This document shows, one piece after another, positions 38,511 through 51,498 of a DNA stretch of 64,000 bases. The notes under the pieces are model-generated. The model had not been told where the DNA came from. It did not search any database and saw only the letters and a list, made by a program, of their open reading frames with translations. The first letter of the stretch is position 1; every line of letters begins with the position of its first letter. Both the position numbers and the translations under genes were made by a program. The DNA comes from Haliotis rubra (Eukaryota). The stretch is taken from NCBI RefSeq assembly GCF_003918875.1, contig NW_025767319.1, positions 372,001 through 436,000 of the forward strand, read 5' to 3'.

Positions 38511-41461
38511 TTAGGTAGTCATTGTATATGACTATTCACTAGTAAGGAATCTTATATTGACAAAAGAAACTGAACCACAACATTTTGCTATATGCAGGTA
38601 TCTGTATTGTAAAATGTATTGTGATGTATTTGGAGCTCAGGTGTTTGAAAGTGATTGACAGAGGGAGATCCATACATGGGGTTCTGATGACAGTAGTCTC
38701 AAAATTATGGTTGGTAGGTATACAGATAATAGAGATTTTTTCAAATTACGTTTGTCATATAAAATTTCAAGTTTCTAACCAACCCCAACTGTACAGTCTG
38801 TTCTGCCCCGAGAATCATAGAATCATATTTTTGCCATGCATACTTCATTAGTTGGCCTGTTTTCTTTTTCTTTTCGCGAGAACAAATTTTGCTATACTTT
38901 TAAATGTCACTGGGATGGACAGTTTCACAGTGTGTCCTTATTTGCATCCATTGTTTTCATTCACAACATACAAGGTATTATCATTGTTTCACTGTGCGAA
39001 GATTGAAAAGTACTTTGCCGTGATGTCATGAAGTTCAATGAATATCTACCATATCATGACAGATGTTCGTAAACTCGATGTGTTGTACAGTATTATCATT
39101 TAGCATAACCCTACCCTCTCATCACTGCATGGAGCTATAGAAATGTTCAGTGTCACAGTGAAACTGGTGGTCGAGAAGATGGCGGGGCAAATGTCATTAG
39201 AACATTAAAGTCAGAAGCATTTTATATGGTAGGCCAGATAATTTTGAGGAGGAACATTTATGAATGAACTTTCATGTGAATTTTAGGTTAACCAACACAA
39301 ATCATGCTTAAACTTTCTATATATTAGTTTACCCAGTATACCAGCTCTGAGAGAAATCATTGCAATATGTACGTGTATTGGGTATCATGGTATAGTTTGA
39401 AAAACAACTTGTGGAATACTGGTAATATCATGCAGTCTGAGACTTGACAAATGATACAAACAGCATTAACCATAACTTGATTGACCAATACTTTGCCTTG
39501 ACTGCATTATGTAGTGCCCTCTTATTAGTTGTATAGCACTCGGTGTAAGTTTTCATTTTGATGTGAATTTTCCAGATTCATGCAGATTTCCAGATTGTTT
39601 AAGTTAAGGAAGTGATCACCTTGTTTGTGTTGTTTCCTGTCTGTTGGTCATCATACCTACTGAGGTTAACAGTCCAGTCTTCCTCCTTTATGTAATTTTG
39701 GAATCTTGCACCTTTTGTCACATTAAACAGTTGAAAAGGTCTCACTACAGGAAGTAGTATTGATGTCATATATGATCTAGTCATTGCAAGTACATTAGTA
39801 TAAATGAAAGAATTATGTTTCTATTTGTGTACACAATTGCAACTGACCATGAAGTGACCACTGTAGACAAGCATGTGAGGTCTGCATGTGGTTTGGCCAG
39901 CAGGTGCTCCCTGTTGTGTCACTGGCCACACCTCACCAGCAACATCAAAGGTGCCACATCTCCACATGGACCACACTATGTCTTCCTTCCATGTCAGCTT
40001 GTAATGAAATTGAAAACAGGCGATATGTTACATTTGTAAATGTTTGTCTTAAGTTGTGGACTATGTCTTGTGAAAGCTTGTAATCGCAAGGTGAACATGG
40101 TCATAATATCCAACTGGCACTAAAGGTTCCATATTGTCACACTTGACAATCTGAGAATATTGCTGTCTTGTGTTTTGTATAGAGAGCCTGCAGGTGTTGT
40201 AGTCCTAAGTGCATGTGTAATCCTCGTGTTACATGGACTAATGACAAGGTGACTGTGGTGTTTGTCACTTCCAACCACAGACTGACTCATTCATTTACTC
40301 AGTGTGTTGTGTTTGCAATACTAGTGGTCATCTGTTGACCTGGGATCACTTGCTGTCAGACATTCATTAATTATCTGCTCATAGAGCAGACTGGTATCAG
40401 CTTACCCTCAAGCTATTGCATAAATATTTAAAGATGGTGGCAGGAATTTAGTAAAGCGATGAATCATCATTTGAGCTTGAGCATACTAGATATTGCAATT
40501 TGTATTCTGTTTCTGGGATGTTTTACTTCTATGCTTGCCAAGTGATGGACATCTGTTTCTTTTGTCATTGATGACAAGAGTGTTTCAGTTATTCAAAGTA
40601 AAGTGTGATATGATCAATATACCTTGGCAAGGTTGAGATCTCCTTGGACAGATTTTACAGAGATACTGTAAACAGCATGGATTACCTTCACGTGGAACTG
40701 AAACAAGTCAGCATGGTTATGCCATACACGAAGAGCCACCTGTACGGGGATCTACTTCTACTTTGAATATTGATTTGAAGCCATGTTATCAAATCCAGGA
40801 TAAATTTGAAAGGGTTACACAAGTGGTGTGTGCCAAGTTTGTGTTGTACAGCTAAGACTGGATATTCCACCAGTTTAAGGTTGCCTGGCTGAATCACCGC
40901 TCTGGCCTGTACCTATTGGCTCAACTCAGACCTTAGAATTGATTGACACAACATGTAATCGTGACCCTGTCAACATTTTCGCAAACTAAATTGACGTAGA
41001 ATTCATGTTTTGCAGGCTTCATTTGTATTCCTGCCAGATTCAGAGTTGGACTTTCTGTACCAAGCTCATTTGTGAATGTCACCCAGACATTTAGGTCATC
41101 AAGGAGCGTTCTGTGCTAGACTGTTTTTGTTTCTCATTGTATTGTTAGATGCGATACTTTCAAGGAAGGGAAACAATACATGAGTACTGTTCACATACAT
41201 CTGTATGCAAAACATGTTTGTTCATTAGTTAGTGAAGTACATTAATACATACTTGTTTTGTGTAATCTCTTGTTATGGTCAGTACAGGAATCATATAGTT
41301 GCCTTGCTAGTATTCGAGGGGATTACCCAGTGAACAGAAGAGGGATTAACAATGAATTTCAGAATGTGTCTTGGTTCTGATGTAGAAAATCATGACTTGG
41401 ATTCCAAGTGATAGTTCCACTGGAGTGAAAAGTTGTATGAATTAACACCCCGAAAGCAGCC

Positions 41462-41544
41462 ATGAAGACAACTACGTCCCCTCCATTGGTGAGGATGATT
41501 TTGAGGTGTTTTACCTGTCATACGAACAAGCAGGTCCGAGACAG
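41462..41544 (+). CDS. Candidate alternative first coding exon, MKTTTSPPLVRMILRCFTCHTNKQVRD(S)
   Basis: gcagccATG Kozak context, cag|gtaagt consensus donor, 83 nt = phase 2. Confidence 0.6.
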
Positions 41545-43810
41545 GTAAGTAAGACTATGCACTAGGGGTAAAATTAGTATTCAACACAATTACAAAGGTA
41601 GATTAATGTTTCTGTTCAGGTTGCCAGTGTATATAGGCTTGCTTGTTATTCCCCATTTCACGCTAGACTTTACAGTTTATCTAGCTGTTCATCACACCTT
41701 TCTTTAGTTTCATTTGTCTCCATAAACTTTGTAAACATTATTGAACAGCAAGGGCTTTAGGCTATTTCACACTTTCAAATGTAATTTGTTCCTTACCAAG
41801 GTGAGCATTTTGTTGTTTCTGTTGAATTTATTAAAACAACATTATTGTCATTACCTGAAGAGAAATCATTATTTTCCATATGTTCTTGTTAGACTGACAT
41901 GTTTGAACTGAAAGCTGAAGTGTTTTTGGTATCAGATTTGTTCTAATGACATGTACAGATATTAATAAACGAATGCCATTTTGCACACACTACAAATTAT
42001 TGAAACTTTTGCACAGAGATCTAACATGAGATGAATTAAAGAACCTGATAATTTACTCTTTGATATTGTTTAGCAATTGTTGCATTCTGGTTTCTATGGT
42101 AACTATCAGGAATGAACACGCTGTAACTGTATATCAAGTAATCTTGATCTTTAGATAGTGCCAGGGTCCATATGAGTTGCTTTCTATCTACAACAGCAAA
42201 CACATAAAGGTAACTGCACATTTCATAGATGTAATAAAGGTTTTCTCAGACTTCTTATCTGTTGACATTCTGAATGATCAGAAGACAAAGTATAGGTAGT
42301 GACATTTCCGTTGGGCCAGCTCCAACTCATGTTTCCTTCCATGACCATAATGTATGGTGCTGTGTTATGTTGAGGGGTATCTCTGGTTCAGCCACTCATT
42401 TTGTACAGTATTGATCCACTCCGTTGCTGCATTTTGCCAAAGCCACTTTGCCCAGTTTATTAAGAATGGGAATTGATAACCTTCAAACAGCACGGGCAAC
42501 CTCCTCGAGACATAGCTGCTTATGTTGTATGGAATATGGAATAAATTACAAGACAAAGATTATGATTCTAAAATTGTGAAAGAAGTTTCTTACCAAGGAT
42601 GGATGTTTATGCAAGCTGGCAAAAAACAACATCCAAACCCTATTTCCTGTATATTTCACTGTCTGATGTGACAGTGCCATCAACTGATCAACAATGCCAT
42701 CTTGTGAAAGTCTTGATCCAAATAAAGCATACTGTCTCCTTTTCCTTGTCTTACCCTGCTGGTACTACAGCCATGTGTTGAGCTTAGAGCACTGACTGTC
42801 TCTGCCCACTGCTACTTGCAGATAACAATGTCCTGTCCTCCACATCCTCCCACCTCTCTCCCACTGGGGTCAAGTTTCAATCTCATTAAGACAACTTACA
42901 GTCTACTATTACCTTCTGATAGTTCACAATGAATCCAGTTTCATATCTTACATGACTAGATCCTCATTCATCAACTTCTTTGTTGTTGTTAATCTTTTCA
43001 AGGTATCCAATATGCTTTAATATCCATACCAATTTGTAGAGTGATTTCTCATTAATGTTTTTATGATTCTGTTCGAGCATCTGTACTTCAGTAACTCATA
43101 AATCGATTCACTGAGAGTACAGTCTATGCATATTCCTGGAATATGTAACAGAGAGCTTTCCCAAAGTAGCTGCCAATTTAATCATGTCTAACAAATTGTA
43201 AGCCATGGAGGAATTAAGTAAAACATTTTATATGTGTGTGTAGTCTAATGGACTGACTTTCTCGACCACAGCCTAGAGATGTAAGGCACTCCAGGATTAG
43301 GTTATGTAAGATCCCATCACATTTTGCTGAGCGTGAGGTTGAGAGTATTAATTGATGGATAGAGCCCGACATTCACCTACCCACCAGTGTACAGTGCCCC
43401 CTTCTCCCCACTTCAGTGTGCCTCTCTTCCCACACCAGGCTGCCTGCTACTACGTACTCTGTATATAAATGGAAGCAGTTTAGCCACAGCGAGTTTTCCA
43501 CACAGTGACGTACACAGCTGCAGGTCTGAAGAGAAACCTCAGTGATTTGATTAGATAGGACATTATTTATCCGTTCCAAGATTAAGATGTTGCCTAATAC
43601 TGATCAGAATTGTTTTGTTGTCGGATATGTGTAGCATATTAAGGAAGTGAAGTTGAGGTAAGGCGGAAGGCAGAAGACTATTACTTGTGACAAAAACACT
43701 GTGGGAGTGTGTAACGGACTGTAAGTGAGGACTAGGAGAGGCGCTTGTTGGCTGCCATTTGGTGGGAATGCAGCTCAGGTGGACTGAGTGGTTGGGAAAT
43801 ATCAGACAGA

Positions 43811-43887
43811 ATGTATCTCATCAAACAGCTGTTTGACTGCTTCTACATCAAGTGGACGCCACATCATTTTCACAGTGATCGAGGAAG
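43811..43887 (+). CDS. Candidate alternative first coding exon, MYLIKQLFDCFYIKWTPHHFHSDRG(S)
   Basis: agaATG, aag|gtatgg donor, 77 nt = phase 2; TATA-like and CRE-like motifs about 300-350 bp upstream. Confidence 0.55.
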
Positions 43888-44904
43888 GTATGGCTGAGGT
43901 AGTTGTATAATGGGGAATAACATTATGATGAGCAGGATTAGGTCATATCAGTCAGATGGCGGTGTTTATATGAAGTAATTTGACCAATTAGGTTTTTATC
44001 ACTCCAGATTGATATCCCTTGTTTTCATTTGCAGACTGATATCATTTGCAGGATGTTTTTGTTTTTTATTTCGGTCCGTTCTGTTTTTGATAAGGTAATG
44101 TCCATATGACTAGTATGATGACTGATGCAATCATCTTTTGTAAACCCTTACCTTGTTGCCAGGCATCAATGGTGCTGCTAATGCACTGTAACTCAGTGTC
44201 GCCAATTCCTTGAAGCAACATTTTTAGCTGGGGAGAGTTCACATTGTTATATATCCATCTTATATTTTCTGTCAGTGCATTAAACTGCCTAACCTCTTTT
44301 TTTTTCAGTCTTCATTGTTGATATTTATTGGGATATGTAGTGTTACTTAGTAGAATGGACATTATGCTAGATAATTTTTGTCACATCATTTCTTTCAAAT
44401 TAACTCCCTGCCATTGACTATAACAAACAAATTTGAACTTTGTTGGACATGTAGTTGAGTAGTTGCAGCCATTGGTATGACTCTTTTCTTTTTTTTAGCA
44501 AATTCTGCTAGTTTTTAAGGTCGGTTTTGTACTAAATATATGTGAAAGGTTTTATTAAACGAGTATTTTGTTGACAGACTGACTCCATACAGCACACTTG
44601 GATTGGTGATGTTAGTTTCCAGTGCTATTTGTATAGTTTTCTGTATGCACTGTCTTTTTCCAATGCAACAGTGTTGGGTGTTTTTGATGGCTGGTAAAGT
44701 CACTCTGCATGTTTGTCTTTCACAATGTGCATCCTAATGAGGGAGCTTGTTCTTCACATGTATGTGTGGCAGTACGACTGAGGTTATTGAGTAAACTTGC
44801 ACATTCCCAAATGTTGGTGTATTACTCAGTGTGTTCCATATTGGTAGTTGATAATCTTGTATATTGCCACATGTAAGTGAATAATTGTTAGTGAATAACC
44901 CCAA

Positions 44905-45840
44905 GTATTCTGGTTATTTCGAATGATAGATGTTGTATCCTGGTTGTTCCCAACAGTAGGTGTTTTATCCTGGTTATTCCCAATGGTAGATGTTTTATCC
45001 TGGTTATTCCCAACAGTAGGTGTTTTATCCTGGTTCTTCCCAACAGTAGGTGTTTTATCCTGGTTCTTCCCAACAGTAGGTGTTTTATCCTGGTTATTCC
45101 CAATGGTAGATGTTTATCCTGGTTATTCCCAACAGTACATGTTTTATCCTGGTTATTCCCAACAGTAGGTGTTTCATCCTGGTTATTCCCAACAGTAAAT
45201 GTTTTATCCTCGGTATTCCCAACAGTAGGTGTTTTATCCTGGATAATCCCAACAGGAGGTGTTTTATCCTGGTTACTCCCAACAGTAGGTGTTTTATCAT
45301 GGATATTCCCAACAGTTGGTGTTTTAACCTCGGTATTCCCAACAGTAGGTGTTTTATCCTGGTTATTCCCAACAGTAGGTGTTTTATCCTGGTTATTCCC
45401 AACAGTAGGTGTTTTATCCTGGTTCTTCCCAACAGTAGGTGTTTTATCCTAGTTATTCCCAATGGTAGGTGTTTTGTCTTGGTTATTCCCAACAGTAGGT
45501 GTTTTATCCTGGTTATTCCCAACAGTAGGTGTTTTATCCTGGTTATTCCCAATAGTAGGTGTTTTATCCTGGATAATCCCAACAGGAGGTGTTTTATTCT
45601 GGTTACTCCCAACAGTGAGTGTTTTATCATGGATATTCCCAACAGTGAGTGTTTTATCCTTGGTATTACCAACAGTGGGTGTTTTATCCTGGTTATTCCC
45701 AACAGTAGGTGTTTTATCCTGGTTATTCCCAACAGTGGTGTTTTATCCTCGGTATTCCCAACAGTAGGTGTTTTATCCTGGTTACTCCCAACAATAGGTG
45801 TTTTATCATGGATATTCCCAACAGTAGGTGTTTTATCCTG
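44905..45840 (+). repeat. 30-bp minisatellite (cctggttattcccaacagtaggtgttttat), about 31 copies
   Basis: Direct reading. Confidence 0.97.
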
Positions 45841-46672
45841 TACAACTGTAGGTGGGATTTGTCTATAAGTGATCAGTATATGATGGAGTTGTGTTACTTT
45901 ACTTGAGCAGGAATGTTGGGGGACTTATTACAACATATAAATTGACATTTTATGTATGAGGGTTGATTGAGTTCTGGTTTAGGAGGCGATGGTGACATGG
46001 CTATGTTATGTCAGGTTACACCCATTCTCAGTAGCAAGCAGGACATGTGGAAAGTAGGGTAAACTTTGTTCCAGCATACCTGTCTTAATGCAGCAGTCAA
46101 CAAGTAAAAATTAAATCTAGTAACAGACCAACCTGGTCTGTTTTGAGATGGTAATTAGAACAATTAGGCCAAAACAAGATATCATTTGTTCAAAATATCC
46201 CTGATTTTGTTGTATATGTTTGGTTTGAGCTCTATATGATATTGGAAAACCAGTATATATGTCTGTGTTAGCTGTGTCAGGTACAAAGTAATGGGTGCAA
46301 TACAGTAAGGCAGTTCCAATATTGCACCAGATTTCTTCTACAGGCTAGAAGTTTATATGTGTATGCAGTCTGTGACTCAAGTCCGCTAGTCGAAATACCA
46401 AGTCAAATTTACTTGAGAACAGCAAGGGTACCATTTGAGTGTCAATGTTTGAAGAATATACTGAACTTGACTGTTCTGGTACTGCCAAATATGGCTGATG
46501 ACATACTGCATCACTAAATATTGCTGTGGGCAAATCATTATTCTAGCTGTCATGTATTTTAGTAATCAAGAATTGGCTCATGTCTGTTTTGATATTGAGA
46601 GATTTCAATTATTTGAAATCAAATCTTTAGAAACTCTTCTTAAGATTTATATATGTGTTTGGTTTCTTTCAG

Positions 46673-46814
46673 TGATGGGGGTTTCTTGTCGCACAACACA
46701 TCACGGGACACATATCCGGCACCTGCTCCAACCAAGGTTGTTAACTTCAACTCCTCAGAAGAGAACACTAGATCGGATCAGTACTATGATATTCCTGCAT
46801 ATGAAGAGTATATT
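46673..46814 (+). CDS. PTPN4: PTPN3/4 linker exon (DGGFLSHNTSRDTYPAPAPTKVVNFNSSEENTRSDQYYDIPAYEEYI)
   Basis: tttctttcag acceptor, att|gtgagt donor, 142 nt, phase 2 to 0; bridges the phases of the 12589 donor and the 63827 acceptor. Confidence 0.8.
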
Positions 46815-47922
46815 GTGAGTATATGCGCTGTGTCATGTAACTATTAAGGCAACTCATATTATCTAATAATTCAATGTGCGTTCATTGTTAAGACTGACCA
46901 GTCCCGGCTACAGAAAATGATATGTTGTACAGCATAGTTGATGGAAGTCTGTTTTTGTGCAGTGTGTGAATGAATGTTCCCTTCCATGCACCAGACAGTA
47001 CACAGTAAAGAATTAATGAGTGGTGGGTTTATGGGGCATGCAGTACACTGGCTTGTGTGTCCAGGGAGGATTCCTGACATGGACAAACTGTTATCTAGAC
47101 TTTCTGTGCTGCATATTTAATGCTTAATACCTCCACAACTTCCATCATGACTACATCATTTAAGATGTGTTGGAGGAGACATTAGAAGTTGTTGCAGTAT
47201 CACAATCAGTACATGTTGTTTTATTTTTCATGTCAGGGTTTGTACCACAAGTTGGATGTCAGTGGTAGTAAACCAAGCAAGGCACACATGATGGTCATAA
47301 AACACATTTATAGAATTAATTAATTGAGTGTGCATGCTACACAAGAAAATATGGTAGCTTTTTCACTTGATAGTAAGAATATTGTAGGAGGTGGGAACCA
47401 CAGGAATGGAATGTCCTACTAAGAGTTGAGAAATAAGATTATGCATCAATATTGAGTGTTCAGGCACATTAGGTCTTGTCTGGAACGCTTTGTTTTTATC
47501 TCCCAGTAAGAGCCAAGCCTTGTCAACATCGATCCTCTTGGAGCTTGTCACCCTTGAAGTATGACAATTAACATTTGCTGCTTTATCCATTCATTTTATC
47601 AATTGAGACACAGTGTATGTGTGTTCATAGTGTCTTTCAATCTAATTATGCAAACATTTCAGAATTTTCCCCTTAATTGATTTTCACGCACATATTTTCC
47701 CAGTTTGGGAAGGAAATTGCTTTCCTCTAAGTGAGTAGAATAATTCAGTCATGAAAACAGCCCCTACACCATAGGGATTCACATAGCAATATTCCTGTTG
47801 TTACTGCCAGATCATAGAGCTATGATCTGAAGACAGTGTCAAGGATTTGCATACAACATTCAGTGTGTGTTGAAGGTGCCCCATATTATGAAAACAGTGC
47901 CCCACAATAGAGGATACCACAG

Positions 47923-48555
47923 ACTGAAGTGCTGTGTTGGACTGTGTGCCTGAAGTGCTGTGTTGGACTGTGTGACTGAAGTGCTGTGTTGGACTGTGTG
48001 CCTGAAGTGCTGTGCTGGACTGTGTGCCTGAAGTGCTGTGTTGGACTGTGTGCCTGAAGTGCTGTGTTGGACTGTGTGCCTGAAGTGCTGTGTTGGACTG
48101 TGTGCCTGAAGTGCTGTGTTGGACTGTGTGCCTGAAGTGCTGTGTTGGACTGTGTGACTGAAGGGCTGTGTTGGTCTGTGTGCCTGAAGTGCTGTGTTGG
48201 ACTGTGTGACTGAAGGGCTGTGTTGGACTGTGTGCCTGAAGTGCTGTGTTGGACTGTGTGACTGAAGTGCTGTGTTGGACTGTGTGCCTGAAGTGCTGTG
48301 TTGGACTGTGTGCCTGAAGTGCTGTGTTGGACTGTGTGACTGAAGGGCTGTGTGCCTGAAGTGCTGTGCTGGACTGTGTGCCTGAAGTGCTGTGCTGGAC
48401 TGTGTGCCTGAAGTGCTGTGTTGGACTGTGTGCCTGAAGTGCTGTGTTGGACTGTGTGCCTGAAGTGCTGTGTTGGACTGTGTGCCTGAAGTGCTGTGTT
48501 GGACTGTGTGCCTGAAGTGCTGTGTTGGTCTGTGTGACTGAAGTGCTGTGTTGGA
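47923..48555 (+). repeat. 26-bp minisatellite (ctgaagtgctgtgttggactgtgtg[c/a]), about 24 copies
   Basis: Direct reading. Confidence 0.97.
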
Positions 48556-49217
48556 GTATTGTGTGTGTGAAGTAATGTGTTGGTCTATGTGCATAAACTT
48601 TGTGTTGAAACCATGTGCCTGAAGTACTGTGTTTGACTGTGTTAGAGGTATTGTGTCAGATTTTGCTTGTAGTATTGTGTTGTACATTGCTGTATATACT
48701 CAATAGGAATGTGTGTATCGCCTATGAGAACACTGTCGTAATGGAGGACAGCCCAAACTGAAGGAAGTATTGTTTAAGTGGACTGTGTCAGTCAACTGAC
48801 TAGAACAGAAAGATGACTGTTTAGAAGTTTGATCCTCATGGGATTTGTTTGGGCAACTCTACAAGTTTTATCTTTTGTTTGTAAAAGTGCAAGTCTTTGT
48901 TCTTTGTTAACCATTAAGAGTAACATGATTAACATACATACTGTTATAACCAGAGCAGTCATGATGAGAAATCATGTGTCTTCGGTTGTTATTGGAGACA
49001 CAGGATTTATGATTTTGTTGATTAGAGTGTGTGAGGGGGATGTGGAGCAGTCTGTAATTAGAGGATGAAGTTACAGTCAGGTTACAGACAGTTGATGAGA
49101 TTAGGCCGTTGACAGACAGAAGGTGAATCAATACTAGTGTATATCTTCATTAGTATGGCCTGTCAAGATACCTTGAAAACAGGCACAAGAAACCACGACA
49201 TGGTGCTACATCTGCAG

Positions 49218-49698
49218 TAGAATACAGACAGGGGACAGCTGGGGTCAGTCCATGGTGATACAGGTAGTGTAGAATACAGACAGGGGACAGCTGGGATCAG
49301 TTCATGGTGGAACAGGTAGTGTAGAATACAGACAGGGGACAGATGGGGTCAGTCCATGGTGATACAGGTAGTGTAGAATACAGACAGGGGACATCTGGGG
49401 TCAGTCCATGGTGATACAGGTAGTGTAGAATACAGACAGGGATATCTGGGGTCAGTGCATGGTGATACAGGTAGTGTAGAATACAGACAGGGGACAGCTG
49501 GGGTCAGTCCATGGTGATACAGGTAGTGTAGAATACAGACAGGGGACAGCTGGGGTCAGTCCATGGTGATACAGGTAGTGTAGAATACAGACAGGGATAT
49601 CTGGGGTCAGTGCATGGTGATACAGGTAGTGTAGAATACAGACAGGGGACAGCTGGGATCAGTGCATGGTGGTTCAGGTAGTGTAGACTTTAGACAGG
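49218..49698 (+). repeat. 52-bp minisatellite, about 9 copies
   Basis: tagaatacagacagggg recurs every 52 bp. Confidence 0.97.
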
Positions 49699-51337
49699 AA
49701 GACGCATTTATAGAACAAAAAGTTCTTCTAAAATGAAGATTGTATCACTTCGGCATAGGAACATGTCATCGAGTATAGCTCGCAGCTGCTTTTACCCAAC
49801 ACCAAATTATACATTGCTAACAGTGTTCTCAGTGCTACACTTCAGCTTCACTCACTCTCTTTTGAAGGAACTATTCAGTGTATACCTGTATCTATTTTAT
49901 TTCATTTTAATCTAGTAATAAAAAAGTTGCTTTGTGAGGAGAGTATGAGAAATATTCAGTTGATGCTGTATTGTTTGTATGTGGAAACATTGTCCTGAAG
50001 TGCCATCTCTACACTGTGTACTGTGTCCAAGTAGCAGTCTATGGAAATCAATGAATATGCAGACTAAATTGGCCCCAGTTTTCCTCCCGCTTGTCCCTGC
50101 TCGGCAGATGATGGTCATTGATTACATTCCCTCCTTTGTTCTCAGCTGGGCATTCAGGGAATCTGAAAGACATGATCATATGGCGCTCATTTATGGGTCA
50201 AGTGTGTCCCTTTCCACCAGACACAAAAGGATAACAGAGCATTTATGTCAGGGATATTGAACTCAACCAGTTGTAGCTCAATAAGTCAATACAGAACTGA
50301 CGCAAAGAGAATACACAATGAAATCTGAATGCCACACCAAGGGAGGTAACTCTTTCAGGACTGTTGATCAGGTACCAGGTGTAGCTGAGCTCACTTTGTG
50401 ATGCATATTGGAACATTGATGCTATCTTTATTAAACACAGGGTTAGACATTGCCTTCTGTCTGTTGTTGCAGGACTATTGAAAGTCCAGTCACACAACTT
50501 GTTATGTTAAATACACCAGTAGTACCAAAATGAGGCGTGGGCAAGTTGTATTTCACTCATCCTGAAACATATTTTTTAATCAGAAAGGTGGAAAGCTTTG
50601 TCAATACAATTTGAAATGTACAATGCAATGAAAATAAAATATAAGAAAGGTGAAAAAATAACTTCAAACATTAGTTATCAATTTAAATAAAGTGCAAAAT
50701 GTATTTGTTTTTTATTATAAGTTGTTAAATGGTAAACTTCCAGGTAGTGTCTAACTAACTCGCACATGATTGAGTGTTGGATATTAGCTGCAGCTGTGTG
50801 ACAAAGATAAACAAGGCTGATGGCTTTATCAGGATACAGGCTGCTGTCCTCAATACCATTAACAATATCAACAGATTTCACCTAATGCATAAGCCTTAGC
50901 ATTGTCAGTGCCAGCTTAGGCCTCTCTTTTATTGCTTGGGTTGTAAATCTGCTAACCTTAAAAATATAAATTTCAGAATAAATAATGTCCGGATGACTAC
51001 GTTTTTTTACATATAACTGACTGTCAAAATCACTTTTACAATATAAGTAGGCATAAGAGTATTTGTTTGATTAAACAGGAATGTTTCCAACGATAAGTCA
51101 GCATTACAAATCAGCTTTTGTTATACTTTTGAGGAACCAAAGCAAGTAGAGATCATCACCTTCAGAGTTTATAAAGTAACTTAGGATGATTAGAAATATT
51201 CTGTACAATGCAATTTTCCGCCTGTTCCCCACCTACCAGCAAATATTTTCAGTTTAAAAAATTTGTTTACAGGTTTATATCATGTTTTTAATAATGTGCA
51301 AGCCTAACTTTTGCTAGGGGGTATTACAAAGCTGTTT

Positions 51338-51498
51338 GGGGCGGTAGGGTAGCCTAGTGGTTAAAGCAATCGCTTGTCACGCCGAAAACCCAGGTTTGAT
51401 TCCCACCATGGGTACAATGTGTAAATCCCATTTCTGGTGTTCCCCGCCATGATATTGCTGGAATATTGCTAAAAGCGGCGTAAAACTAACTCACTTAC
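51338..51498 (+). mobile_element. tRNA-derived SINE, copy 4
   Basis: Same family; TSD tacaaagctgt. Confidence 0.9.

Noticed and set aside
44888-45906. Long ORFs on both strands (up to 252 aa)
   Set aside because: Products of a stop-free 30-bp tandem repeat; no splice or domain support
47860-48687. 275-aa minus-strand ORF
   Set aside because: Translation of the 26-bp minisatellite
49218-49698. CRISPR-like regular array
   Set aside because: Units are contiguous with no unique spacers; eukaryotic intron, no cas genes
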